DNA of 42,868 nucleotides from Polyangiales bacterium (GCA_038231275.1 JBBRLQ010000047.1:1-42868), one strand, 5' to 3'. Positions 32,466 through 42,095 are shown, numbered from the stretch's first letter. A program made the numbers and translations. The notes: generated by a model from the letters alone, not told the origin.

Positions 32466-33779
32466 TCAATCTCGAACGCGCGGGTCCTTGCTTCCGGAGC
32501 GGACGCGGACGGCGGTGCCCGGCTCGAGGGGCGTGGGGAAGGCGGCGCTCCAGCCGGCGGGCAGGTGCGGCGCGGTGAAGTCGAAGAAGCGGCGCGCGTC
32601 GAGCGGCGCGAGGTTCACGCACCCGTGGCTTTTGACGCGGCCGAAGTCGCGGTGCCAGAACGCGCCGTGAAGCGCGACAGCCTTGTCGAAGAACATGACC
32701 CAGGGCACGTCCTCGATCGAGTAGTGGCGCTCGGCGTCGTCGCGCTCCAGGTTGTCCATGTTCGTCGTGAAGAGCTTCACCCAGATGCGGTGGGTGCCGA
32801 GCGGCGTCGCCGTCTCGCTGCCGCGAGGTCCGATGCCGGTGGAGGTGAGCGTGGCGAAGACGGGGCGCATGCCGTCGTAGGCGGTGACGGTCTGCGTCGC
32901 GAGATCCACGTCGAGCCATTTTTCGCGGGTCCCCTCGCCTCCTACTTCGGCGGGCGGCGATGCCAGGGTCGGCCGGACGACCTCTTTCGCGCGCATCCAT
33001 TGAGCCGTCGCGCCGTCGTCGGAGATGCGGAGCATGAGGCCACCCGGCGTCGCGAGCTCCTCCCGCACGCGGACCGCCTGAAAGTGCATCCGCATATCGA
33101 CGGCCTTGTCGGCCTTGCTTGTGGAATACACGCTCGCGCGATCGGCCACGATCCAGCCGACGTCGAGGCGGCCGTCGAGCTCTTCTCCGTGGAAGGCGCT
33201 GGGGTGCGCGGCGCCGAGCTCGCGCAGTGCGACGAAGCGGCCGGTGCGCGTCTTGCCCCAGCGCTCGCCGTGGGCGACGCGCTCTTCGACGATGGCAATG
33301 CCGAAACCTGGATCGAGCTCGAAATCGGGCGCGTCGTCGAGCGGATGATCGAGGCTGAGGAACGCCGCGGCGCCGTCCTTGCCGGCGAAGTAGTAGCGGA
33401 ACGGCATCCCGTCGTCGGCGCGTGCGATCGGCGGGAAGAGCTTCTCTTCGGCGGACATCTCCGCGACGTCGGAGCACACCCACGCCATCGGCCCAACCTC
33501 GAGCCAGCGGCCGTTGCATCCGCCGCTGCGCTTGGCGCCGTAGAGCGGGAGGCGCGCGCCCGGGAGCACGCTGCCCCTGCGCGCGTCGGTCTTGCCGGGG
33601 CCCGCGAAGATCGGCACCTCGTGCTTGCGCGGCGCCACGCTCTTGGCCCACGCAGGGACCGGCAGATCGTCGGGATCGGACCACGGCGGCAGGAGGGTGT
33701 CGGCGCGCGCGGCGGAGCCGACGATCCCGACCGCCGCGAAGGTCGCGAGGGCCGCCGGCGCCAGAAATCCGACGCGCAC
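32466..33779 (-). CDS. L,D-transpeptidase (YkuD domain)
   Basis: Signal peptide; TPLG, HGAFWH and SHGCVN catalytic motif. Confidence 0.92.
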   Translation of the reverse strand: MRVGFLAPAALATFAAVGIVGSAARADTLLPPWSDPDDLPVPAWAKSVAPRKHEVPIFAGPGKTDARRGSVLPGARLPLYGAKRSGGCNGRWLEVGPMAWVCSDVAEMSAEEKLFPPIARADDGMPFRYYFAGKDGAAAFLSLDHPLDDAPDFELDPGFGIAIVEERVAHGERWGKTRTGRFVALRELGAAHPSAFHGEELDGRLDVGWIVADRASVYSTSKADKAVDMRMHFQAVRVREELATPGGLMLRISDDGATAQWMRAKEVVRPTLASPPAEVGGEGTREKWLDVDLATQTVTAYDGMRPVFATLTSTGIGPRGSETATPLGTHRIWVKLFTTNMDNLERDDAERHYSIEDVPWVMFFDKAVALHGAFWHRDFGRVKSHGCVNLAPLDARRFFDFTAPHLPAGWSAAFPTPLEPGTAVRVRSGSKDPRVRD

Positions 33780-33780
33780 G

Positions 33781-35586
33781 CTACCCCTCGTCTTTGGGCT
33801 TGGGCTGCGGGAGGCGAAGCTCGAACTTCGCGCCGCGGCTCGAGGAGCTCACCGTCACCGACCCGCCGTGCTCCTCGGCGATCTTCTTCACGATCGCGAG
33901 GCCGAGGCCGGTTCCGCCCTTTTTGCCGCTCGTGACGAACGACTGGAAGAGGCGGTGCTCGATCTCTTTGGGAATGCCGGGGCCGTTGTCGGTGAAGAGC
34001 ATGACGATCGCGCCGTCGTCCTTGTCGCGCGTGATCTTGATCGTGAGCTTGCCGCCCTTGTCGGCCATCGCCTCGGCGGCGTTTCGCGCCAGGTTGTGCA
34101 CGACGCGGAGGATCTTCCCCTCGTCGAAGCGCGCGGTGCCCTTGTCTTGCAAGTCGATGATGAGCTCCACGTCGTGGTAGGCGAGCTGTCCCTCGAGCTG
34201 GACCTTCACGTCCTGGAAGAACTTGGACAGGTACACCTTGCGGACGAGGACGCTCTTCTCGCCGCGCGCGAACTCGAGGACGTCGCGCTGCATCGCGGAG
34301 ATGTGATCGAACTGCTTCAGGACCAGCTCGGCGAACTCGTCGCGCTGGTCCTTGCTCTCCGTGCTCTGCATCAGCTGGACATAGCCGCTGATGACGGTGA
34401 GCGGCGTCTTGAGATCGTGGATGACGCCGGAGAGGAGGCGGCCGATCGTCGTGAGGCGCTCCTCGCGCTCTCGGGCCTCGCGCGCGAGCTGGAGGCGGAT
34501 CGCCGTCGATGCGTTGGCCGAGATGAGGACGACGAGCGCGCGATCGTCCTCGCTGAAGCCCTGCGGCGAGCGCTTGTTGTAGAGCGCGATGGCGCCCATC
34601 GTGCCGCTGTCCTCGCCCTCGAGCGGAACGGCGACGGCGTTGGTCGTCTCGATGCCCGTTAGCTCGGCGAGCGCTTCGTCGTTCCGCGGATCGTTCGCGG
34701 CGTCGGCGCTGTGAATGAGCTCGTTGTGGCGGAGCGCCCAGCCGATGAACCCCTGCCCTTCCTTCACCGGGAAGGTGCGCAGGCGCTTGTGCTTGTCGTC
34801 GAAGATGTAGAGCGTCGGGACGCCGGTGGGGCCCTCCTTCAAGAGGACGCCGCCCGCGCGCGACTCGGTGACGCGCATCGCCTCGGACAGAACGGCCGTG
34901 AACAGCTCCTCCAGCGACGACGCGCGGCCCATCGCGCTCTCGAGATCGAACAGGAGCTTGAGATCGCGGATGCGATGCTCGAGCTGCTCTTTGATGTCGA
35001 GCAGCTGCATGTTCTTCTGCGTCACCGACAAGAAGAGGCGCGAGTTGTCGATCGAGATGGCCGCCTGCGTCGCGAGCGCCGCGAGGATGACGGCGTCGAC
35101 CTCCGAGAACTCTCCCCGCTTCTTGTTCAGGACTTGGACGACGCCGATCGTGCGGCCGAGATGGTTCTTCATCGGCGCGACGAGGATCGTACGCGTGCGG
35201 TACCCCGAGAGCATGTCCCACTCGGGGTTGAAGCGGGGGTCCTTGTACGCGTCTTTGATGTTGAGTGACTTGCCGGTGCGCGCGACGTGGCCGGCGATGC
35301 CGTGGCCGACCTTGAGGCGGATCGATTTGACCTCGTCGCCTTGCACGATGCGGCTCACCAGCTCGTCCTTCGACTCGTCGAGCAGGTAGAGCGTCGCGCG
35401 ATCGGCCTCGAGGGCGTCGGTGATCTTGCTCAAGATGAGCTCGAGGAGCTGATCGAGATCGAGCGTGGTCCCGAGGGCGAGCCCCACCTCGCGGAGCGCG
35501 GCGCTGATGCGCATCTCGCGCGCGAGCGCGGCCTCCAAGTCGGCGATGCGGGCGCTCTCGGCGCGCGTGTCGCTTTTCAGGGTCAC
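33781..35586 (-). CDS. Cytoplasmic two-GAF histidine kinase (orphan)
   Basis: GAF motifs GIAGHVA, DAYKDPRF, NKK..F; HDLKTPL, NLARNA, DNGPG, GTGLGL. Confidence 0.93.
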   Translation of the reverse strand: MTLKSDTRAESARIADLEAALAREMRISAALREVGLALGTTLDLDQLLELILSKITDALEADRATLYLLDESKDELVSRIVQGDEVKSIRLKVGHGIAGHVARTGKSLNIKDAYKDPRFNPEWDMLSGYRTRTILVAPMKNHLGRTIGVVQVLNKKRGEFSEVDAVILAALATQAAISIDNSRLFLSVTQKNMQLLDIKEQLEHRIRDLKLLFDLESAMGRASSLEELFTAVLSEAMRVTESRAGGVLLKEGPTGVPTLYIFDDKHKRLRTFPVKEGQGFIGWALRHNELIHSADAANDPRNDEALAELTGIETTNAVAVPLEGEDSGTMGAIALYNKRSPQGFSEDDRALVVLISANASTAIRLQLAREAREREERLTTIGRLLSGVIHDLKTPLTVISGYVQLMQSTESKDQRDEFAELVLKQFDHISAMQRDVLEFARGEKSVLVRKVYLSKFFQDVKVQLEGQLAYHDVELIIDLQDKGTARFDEGKILRVVHNLARNAAEAMADKGGKLTIKITRDKDDGAIVMLFTDNGPGIPKEIEHRLFQSFVTSGKKGGTGLGLAIVKKIAEEHGGSVTVSSSSRGAKFELRLPQPKPKDEG

Positions 35587-35696
35587 GTTCCGATCCTATC
35601 AGCGGCGCGCGAAGGGCTGAAGGCAAAGGCGTCCGCGTCCCTCCCTCGGCGCGACCGGGACGAGCCGGGCGCACATGTGCTATGGCCGAGCGCGTC

Positions 35697-36416
35697 ATGG
35701 CGCGGACCCTCATCGTCACCCCCACCTACAACGAGAAGGACAACCTTCCCCGCTTCATCGAGGGCGTCCGCGGCGCGGCGCCCGACGCCGACATCATGGT
35801 GGTCGACGACAACTCCCCCGACGGCACCGGGAAAATCGCCGACGCCATCGCAGAGCGCGACAGTCACGTCCGCGTGATGCATCGCGCCGGCAAGCAGGGC
35901 CTCGGCACTGCGTACATCCAGGCGTTCACGAAGGGGCTCGGCGAAGGCTACGAGCGCTTCCTCGAGATGGATGCGGACCTGTCCCACGATGTGCGCTACC
36001 TCCCGGATTTTTTCCGGGCGATGGACGACGGCGCCGACGTCGTGATCGGCTCACGCAACATCCGCGGCGGCGGCGTCGAAGGATGGGGCCTCGGCCGCCA
36101 TTTCATCTCGAAGGGCGGCTCGATCTATTCGCGCACGATCCTAGGCCTCGCGGTGAAGGATTTGACCAGTGGCTACAAGGCCTTCACCCGCCGCGCGCTC
36201 GAGGCGATCGAGCTCGAGAGCGTGCGCTCGAACGGCTACTCCTTCCAGATCGAAATGACGTTCCGCGCGATCTTGCGGGGGATGAAGGTGAAGGAGGTCC
36301 CGATCATCTTCGTCGACCGCCGCGCCGGCCAATCCAAGATGAGCAGAAAGATCTTCCTCGAGGCGATCGGCGTCGTGTGGAAGCTCCGCGCGGACGCCCT
36401 CACCGGCCGCCTCTAG
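35697..36416 (+). CDS. Polyprenol monophosphomannose synthase (GT2, DPM1-like)
   Basis: PTYNE, VVDDNSPDGT, EMDADLSH, GYSFQIE, DRRAGQSKM. Alternative start 35682. Confidence 0.92.
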   Translation: MARTLIVTPTYNEKDNLPRFIEGVRGAAPDADIMVVDDNSPDGTGKIADAIAERDSHVRVMHRAGKQGLGTAYIQAFTKGLGEGYERFLEMDADLSHDVRYLPDFFRAMDDGADVVIGSRNIRGGGVEGWGLGRHFISKGGSIYSRTILGLAVKDLTSGYKAFTRRALEAIELESVRSNGYSFQIEMTFRAILRGMKVKEVPIIFVDRRAGQSKMSRKIFLEAIGVVWKLRADALTGRL

Positions 36417-36457
36417 CGCTCGAATCTGGCATACTGCCGGGCAGCGAGGTCGGTGCG

Positions 36458-37171
36458 ATGAAGCGAGCGAGCGCGGTGTGCGTGGTCGGGTTCGTGGTGC
36501 TGGCGGCGTGCGGCGGGCGCACGCTCGACGAGTTCGGCGAGACCTTGGACGGCGGCGTCGGGAGCTCCGGCACGAGCGGCAGCGCCAGCGGCGGAACCAG
36601 CAGCGGCGGCGCGAGCAGCGGTGGCGCGAGCAGCGGCGGCGGCAGCACGAGCGGCGGCGGCAGCAACGGCGGGGGAACGACCAGCGGCGGCGGCAGCAAC
36701 GGCGGCAGCACGAGCGGCGGCGGCAGCACGAGCGGCGGCGGGACCAGCAGCGGAGGAACGAGCGGCACCGTGGCCGACGCGAGCACCGGCGGCGGCGGAG
36801 CGATCGCGTGCGGCGCCGCTGCCTGCAAGCCTGGAGTCGAGGAGTGCTGCATCACGTTTACCGGAGGTGGTGGAGGCGGCGGCGCGAGCGAGACGTGCAC
36901 GCCGATCGGGAAATGCGCGGGCGGCATCGCGCTCACGTGCACGAGCACGCAGAACTGCCCGATCGGTGAAGTCTGCTGCGCGCAGTTCGGTGGCCCGGGC
37001 GGCGGAGGAGGTGGCGGCGGCTCGAAGTGCGCGCCAGTCTGCATGGGCGGCGGTGGCGGAGGCGGAGGTGGAGGCGTGCAGCTTTGCGGCTCCGATCAAG
37101 ACTGCCCGCCCGGTGAGGTGTGTGTCCCCGCGCCGGTCGGCGGCATCAAGATCTGTCGACCCAAGCGCTGA
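36458..37171 (+). CDS. Gly/Ser-rich and Cys-rich lipoprotein
   Basis: Lipobox LAAC; (S/T)SGG repeats at about 36560-36770; ECC, VCC and C-x3-DC motifs. Confidence 0.85.
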   Translation: MKRASAVCVVGFVVLAACGGRTLDEFGETLDGGVGSSGTSGSASGGTSSGGASSGGASSGGGSTSGGGSNGGGTTSGGGSNGGSTSGGGSTSGGGTSSGGTSGTVADASTGGGGAIACGAAACKPGVEECCITFTGGGGGGGASETCTPIGKCAGGIALTCTSTQNCPIGEVCCAQFGGPGGGGGGGGSKCAPVCMGGGGGGGGGGVQLCGSDQDCPPGEVCVPAPVGGIKICRPKR

Positions 37172-37227
37172 TCACGCCTGCCGCGTCGAGGTAGACTCGT
37201 GAGGGGACCCGCGCTTACCGACTCACG

Positions 37228-37548
37228 GTGCCGCCCACATTCCTTGCAGATTACACATATTTGACCATGCGCACGGCCGGCGCAGTCGCGATCCTCGGCG
37301 ACTGCACGCCGGCGGGCGGCCCGGAGATGCTGAAATACGCAGGCGCGACGACGCGCACCGACTCGTTCTACTTCCGCGACATCCCCGACATCAGTCAGCA
37401 CACCTGGCTCAACGCGAGCGCTTACGATCTCACGTACGACGACTGCACGCGGGGCGGGAGCCTGAACAAGAAGGGCGGCCCCTCCTCTTGTAAGGTGACG
37501 CTCGACGCCGCGATCGCCCGCGACGCCTCTACTGCTTCGTGTACGTGA
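37228..37548 (+). pseudogene. Probable C-terminal gene remnant (possibly fibrinogen-like domain)
   Basis: Coding-like codons only over about 37270-37480, no RBS; a small indel repair gives the ending GGLLFVR*. Confidence 0.35.
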
Positions 37549-38989
37549 ACGACTGCACCGGAGAGCCGCCGCTCGTGAAGAGCGTGAACGAGGTGGAGTC
37601 CGCCGAGAACTTGTTGATGGCGACCGTCTGCGGGATCGGACACGACTGCTCGATGTCGATCGCCGACCCGTTCAGCGTGAACGTGCCGGTCGTCGCGTTG
37701 TCCTTCGGCTGGCCGCTGTCGCTCTGAATGTTCTCGTAGGTGCCGCCGGAGATTTTTCCCCCGGCCTTGTACGTCGCGCCGGTCGGCCCCGCAGCGCCGC
37801 CCGCGCCGGTGTAGGCCTGCACCGCGGTCACCACGTACGTCCCGTCCGCGATCGCGCCGCCGGTGGGCGCCGGAGGATCGGTCGCGACGTTCATGATGGG
37901 CACATCGGGCCCGCCGTTCACGAGCGTGTTGCAGCGCTTCGTTCCGCCGTCGCCGCCGCCGCCGAAGAACGCATCGCAGTTCGCGCTGCCGGGGCAACAG
38001 AAGTCGGCGCCGCCCTTCACGCCGTCGGTGTGGAGGCACACCTTGGAGCCGGTGCTCGGGTAGTAATACGCCCAGAAAAAGCACATCTCGTCGTTGGCCG
38101 ACTCGCCGAAGCTCACCGTCTTGTTCGATGTGTTCTTCCACGCGCAGGTGAAGTTGAAGCCGCCGCCCGCGGGGATCGAGAACGGCGTCGCCGGCACGAC
38201 CGTCGTGGGCTCGCTCCAGCTCCAGCCCGGCACGTCGTAGACCGGCGCGCCGGGATCGGCCTTGCTCGCCGCGGTTCGGATCTGGACGTTGGTCCCCATC
38301 TGGTGCTCGTGCCCGGTGATCGCGAAGAACTTCGCCCCGGCGTAGGTGTCCGGCAGCTGGAAGAAGACCGGCCCCACCGTCGCGCTCGCGTTGGGCGGGA
38401 TCGAGATGTCGGGATCGCCGATGAAGAGGAAGCCGGCCTCGTCGTGGTAGTCGGCGTCGGCGATCGGGATCATCGTCGACGTGGCGGTGAGCGTCACCGG
38501 TGCCGCCGTCGCGTTGATGTAGTGCATCTCGATGCGCAGCATCTGGTTGGCGCCAAGCGTGTAGCCGACGCCGCTGGGCAGGGTCAGGAGGTCGTCCTTC
38601 TTCTGCGTCACCATGAGGGTGGAGCCCTTGGCGGGATCGACCGTGTCGGTGAACGGGTGGCAATCGAAGGGCGTGAGCTGCGGCGTCGTGTCGGCGACCT
38701 TGTAGACGATCATGTGGTGCGACGCGCCGCTCAAGACGTTGTGGATCTTGCCGACGTGGATGGGCGCTGTGTTGCCGAGCGGAACGACGATGCACTGCGT
38801 GTTCTCGTAGCTCGCGGCGACCGTGATCGGCCCGAACGTCACCTTGAAGGAGTCCGCCGTGGACGCGTCTCCTCCTCCGCCCCCTCCCGCGTCTGCGGCC
38901 GCGCCGCTCCCCTTGCTCGTGCTGCACGCCACGCCAAGGACCATCGCCACGAGCACCACGACGCCCGAAATCCCCACCTTTTCGCGCAT
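37529..38989 (-). CDS. Copper type II ascorbate-dependent monooxygenase-like (PHM/DBH fold) lipoprotein
   Basis: Lipobox GVAC; SHHMIVY and EMHYIN (CuH site), GHEHQMG and DEMCF (CuM site). Confidence 0.85.
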   Translation of the reverse strand: MREKVGISGVVVLVAMVLGVACSTSKGSGAAADAGGGGGGDASTADSFKVTFGPITVAASYENTQCIVVPLGNTAPIHVGKIHNVLSGASHHMIVYKVADTTPQLTPFDCHPFTDTVDPAKGSTLMVTQKKDDLLTLPSGVGYTLGANQMLRIEMHYINATAAPVTLTATSTMIPIADADYHDEAGFLFIGDPDISIPPNASATVGPVFFQLPDTYAGAKFFAITGHEHQMGTNVQIRTAASKADPGAPVYDVPGWSWSEPTTVVPATPFSIPAGGGFNFTCAWKNTSNKTVSFGESANDEMCFFWAYYYPSTGSKVCLHTDGVKGGADFCCPGSANCDAFFGGGGDGGTKRCNTLVNGGPDVPIMNVATDPPAPTGGAIADGTYVVTAVQAYTGAGGAAGPTGATYKAGGKISGGTYENIQSDSGQPKDNATTGTFTLNGSAIDIEQSCPIPQTVAINKFSADSTSFTLFTSGGSPVQSFTYTKQ

Positions 38990-39078
38990 ACGGTCAGGGT
39001 CGCCCATTTCGGAGGCGAAGTCGACCCGCCCCGCGCATCGCGCATCGCCGGGATCGACTCGAGCGCGAAGCGTGTAGT

Positions 39079-39879
39079 CTACAACTTCGTCGCGGCGATG
39101 ACGACGTGCGGGTACGGGAGCACGTCCGGTACCCGCACCATGCGAACCTTGAAGCCTAGCTCGCTCAGCATCTCGCCCCATGCGCGGTGGTGGCGGTACG
39201 CGAGCGGCTCGTTCAGGCCGACCATCGCGCGATCGAGCAGCTCGGTGAAGAGGAGCGCGTACCGCGGCTCGGTCGTGATGTCCTTGATGAGGAGGACGCC
39301 GCCCGGCACGAGGAGATCGCGCAGGCGCTTGAGGACGGCGCGCTGCTCGTCCGCCGGGATGTGGTGCATGACGTCGAGCACGTACGCCGCGTCGAAGGGC
39401 CCCTCGATGTGCGCGTCGCGAACGTCGCCCACGTGAAACGCGTGCTGCGTGAGGCCGAGGCGCGAGGCGACCGTGCGCGCGAGCCCGACGCGCCGCTCGT
39501 CCGGATCGACGCCGACGATGCGCCGCGCCGGCTGCGTCTGCCCGAAGTACGCGGCGAAGAGCCCGAAGCCGCAGCCCACGTCGAGGATGCGCCCCTCGTC
39601 GGTGAGGAGAAGATCCATGACGCTGAGGAGCTTGGGGCGGAGGATCGAGAACCGCACGAAGGCGTACGCGCGCTCGAAGAGCGGCAGCGCGCGCGCGATT
39701 CGGGCGATGGCCTCGCGGCCGAAGACCTCCGGAGCCTCGAACGTCTGCGGCACGGGCCGCTGGCCGCGAAGCGCCGCGCGAAGGGAGAAGGTGCGTCCAG
39801 ACGCCGGCGGGCGTGATGCGGGCGCGGGAGAGGCGGTACTAGCAGTACTAGAGGAGGAGTCGGGTGCTGCGGCGCTCAC
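39079..39879 (-). CDS. Class I SAM-dependent methyltransferase
   Basis: ILDVGCGFG, VGVD, FDAAYVLDVMHH, LVPGGVLLI. The true start may be downstream of 39879. Confidence 0.9.
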   Translation of the reverse strand: MSAAAPDSSSSTASTASPAPASRPPASGRTFSLRAALRGQRPVPQTFEAPEVFGREAIARIARALPLFERAYAFVRFSILRPKLLSVMDLLLTDEGRILDVGCGFGLFAAYFGQTQPARRIVGVDPDERRVGLARTVASRLGLTQHAFHVGDVRDAHIEGPFDAAYVLDVMHHIPADEQRAVLKRLRDLLVPGGVLLIKDITTEPRYALLFTELLDRAMVGLNEPLAYRHHRAWGEMLSELGFKVRMVRVPDVLPYPHVVIAATKL

Positions 39880-39969
39880 GGCGCGCGGAACCTAGCACGA
39901 TTCCCGCGGGGCGTGGATTTCGGGGCACGGCGCGCTCAAGTGTCGGAAATTCGTTCCGTTCAGCGCTTC

Positions 39970-40179
39970 GTGAGCGTTCAGCTGGTCAACGGATACGCGT
40001 GCCACGACTGCACGGAGATCGACCTTGCGAAGAAGGGGGTCGATCCGTCGCGGCCCAAAGACGGACCGTACGGACGCGACAAGGTGAGGGCCGACGCGAA
40101 GGGCGCCGAGGCGGAAGCTGCGAAGAAAACGCTCGCGTCCACCGGCGCGGTGGGCAGGTCATTGGACGTGCACGCGTGA
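39970..40179 (+). CDS. Small CxxC protein
   Basis: VNGYACHDCTEIDLAKKGVDPSRPKDGP...GRSLDVHA; high GC3; start uncertain (39940 or 39970). Confidence 0.6.
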   Translation: MSVQLVNGYACHDCTEIDLAKKGVDPSRPKDGPYGRDKVRADAKGAEAEAAKKTLASTGAVGRSLDVHA

Positions 40180-40218
40180 CCGGGCGCCGCGGCTCGTAGG
40201 CGGCGCCACCTGCGACGG

Positions 40219-40246
40219 TTGAGGGCGGCGCGAGTTGAGGTATGGT
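40219..40246 (+). promoter_or_regulatory. sigma70 promoter of the tRNA-Arg locus
   Basis: TTGAGG-16 bp-TATGGT ending 10 nt before the tRNA 5' end. Confidence 0.6.
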
Positions 40247-40256
40247 GGGCTCGTTC

Positions 40257-40296
<40 letters not shown>

Positions 40297-40726
40297 GCGT
40301 GGGCAATGGCTGTTTCAAGGAGAAAACAAGCGCGATTCGCGTCACGACAGATGTGACTTCGGGTGCTTGTTTTCCGGTGCGTTGCGATGATTCGGCCGCG
40401 GTGGCCGATTGCGCGAACGGTCAAAGTTACGCGTTTGAAGATCCGGGCGATCTGCCGTTTGAAATCCCCTTCAGGCACCTTTGGAATTTGGCGATGCTTC
40501 GGGGCACGTCGTGAGCATTACCCGGACGCCCGCACCGTCGTCGCCGCCCCCCCTTGTCGAACGCATCGCGGACGAGGGAGGACAGCCCGGCGCGCCGCAC
40601 GTCTACCGCGGGCGACGCTGGGGCATTCACGGATTCCGGCGTGTGCGCGGTCCTCGGACCGAGGGAGATCGTCTACGGCCGCATCGGCGACGCGTCGGTC
40701 GTGATCCCTAGGAGGGCCGCAGTCGG

Positions 40727-41509
40727 CTAGGCGGCTAGTTCTTGCAGCTTTGGCGCGAGCGCTCCCGGTTCGTCCTCGTACTTCGGAACCGGCACCAGGT
40801 ATTCCTGCATGAGCCGGAGTCGTGTGCGGCCTTCAAGGGCGTTCGCGTCGCGAGGGACGGCCACCCACCTCGGCCTCTTCGCCAGGGTGGCGATTGTTGG
40901 AGTGCTCTTCAGGTACAGCTTCGAAGAGACGGCACGTTCTGCATCAAGATCACTCGGCGCAATCGCAACGAACATCAACGACGACGCGACTTGGATCCTC
41001 GCGTCGATCGAGTAGAGGCCGTCCTTGTCCTCAGGCGCGTGGTAGCCGATCAAGCAGGTGTCCTTGAATGCTTCGCGGAGGACCTCACGCACGATCGATC
41101 GGAATGCTTCCGCTTTCATTCCCCTCGTCGTCGCCGCCGAGATTGCAGCTTCCGCCTCTGACTCGACCTGGACGAGCCCCATCGCTCCGGCCAGAAGTTC
41201 TTCTTTGGGTACGATGGCCACGATCGCGTCGTCCTCAACTGCGAAGCCATGCTTCTTGGCCAGCCGAGAGAGTGTTGAGAGCGCCCCCTCGGTCATCGTG
41301 CGCGTATAGCTGAGGCGCATGCAGGTTTGCCCGAGGTCGCTCACTTCGATGCTGCCGTCGTCGCGCTCCTGAACGAAGATGCTCGCAACGTCGCCGTCCG
41401 GCATGAACGCGGGGATCTCAACCTGGTACAATTTCGGGCGCCGTGCGCGAACCGTCGTTGCAGAGCCAAACGTGCCGTCGAGAAGCGCTTTGATTTGCTC
41501 GACGTTCAT
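40727..41509 (-). CDS. DUF1828-like protein with probable restriction-endonuclease-like C-terminal domain
   Basis: N-terminal IPAFMPDGDVASIFV...VSDLGQT..RL matches the DUF1828 pattern as I recall it; C-terminal FRSIVREVL...DKDGLYSIDARI. Confidence 0.7.
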   Translation of the reverse strand: MNVEQIKALLDGTFGSATTVRARRPKLYQVEIPAFMPDGDVASIFVQERDDGSIEVSDLGQTCMRLSYTRTMTEGALSTLSRLAKKHGFAVEDDAIVAIVPKEELLAGAMGLVQVESEAEAAISAATTRGMKAEAFRSIVREVLREAFKDTCLIGYHAPEDKDGLYSIDARIQVASSLMFVAIAPSDLDAERAVSSKLYLKSTPTIATLAKRPRWVAVPRDANALEGRTRLRLMQEYLVPVPKYEDEPGALAPKLQELAA

Positions 41510-42018
41510 GATCGGTCCAGTTCCATTTGTGCGAGGCCAACCTTATTGTGGACGGCTTTGAACGCTTGCTCAACTTCGGGGCTGCTCTGAATGCCCGCCT
41601 CGGCGGCGAGTTTGAACCACGCGTGCAGGACCGTAAAAGGTGCCGCTTGAATCTCGACCGCAAACGGCGGCCCATCCGTCCACATCCCGGGCGCGACGAC
41701 GAGCCCTAGTTCGTTCTCCTGAGGCTTGTGAACGTGCGGTCCGGTGACAACCGAACCGTCGGGGTTACGGTGGGTACCGTGGTCGCCGTTCACTCGCAGT
41801 AGAACGGTCGTTGACCCCTTCGGCGGGGTGTAGATGATGCCGACCGAGAACATTTCGGGAAGCGAGACGTTCACGCGAACATAGACTGAGAATCGCCCTT
41901 CGAGCGCCGCGATGAGCGGCAGGTCCCAGGCGCGGTGCGATGGGTTGCTCTTCACGCGAACCCTAGTCGGAGGGTCGGGCGTCTTCGGCGTTGCGAGCAA
42001 GTCTTTCACGGTCGGCAT
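41506..42018 (-). CDS. DUF6978-like His-motif protein
   Basis: LLATPK start, FSVGIIY, LLRVNGDHGTHRNPDG...GPHVH; ATGA overlap with the downstream gene. Confidence 0.65.
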   Translation of the reverse strand: MPTVKDLLATPKTPDPPTRVRVKSNPSHRAWDLPLIAALEGRFSVYVRVNVSLPEMFSVGIIYTPPKGSTTVLLRVNGDHGTHRNPDGSVVTGPHVHKPQENELGLVVAPGMWTDGPPFAVEIQAAPFTVLHAWFKLAAEAGIQSSPEVEQAFKAVHNKVGLAQMELDRS

Positions 42019-42095
42019 GTTGAACCCGACCCATGATCGTACAGGAGCGCACAAATTAGGCTTGGTTGCCTCCCTTGCTTGGGATACTGCACGTT

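Noticed and set aside
32942..35725. Long alternative-frame and antisense ORFs (this 927-aa one, 30071-32578, 4510-6324, 23019-24869 and others)
   Set aside because: Arg/Ala/Pro-rich shadows of well-supported genes, expected in high-GC DNA.
36560..36770. CRISPR-like or non-coding repeat array
   Set aside because: In-frame Gly/Ser codon repeats with no unique spacers; no cas genes in the window.
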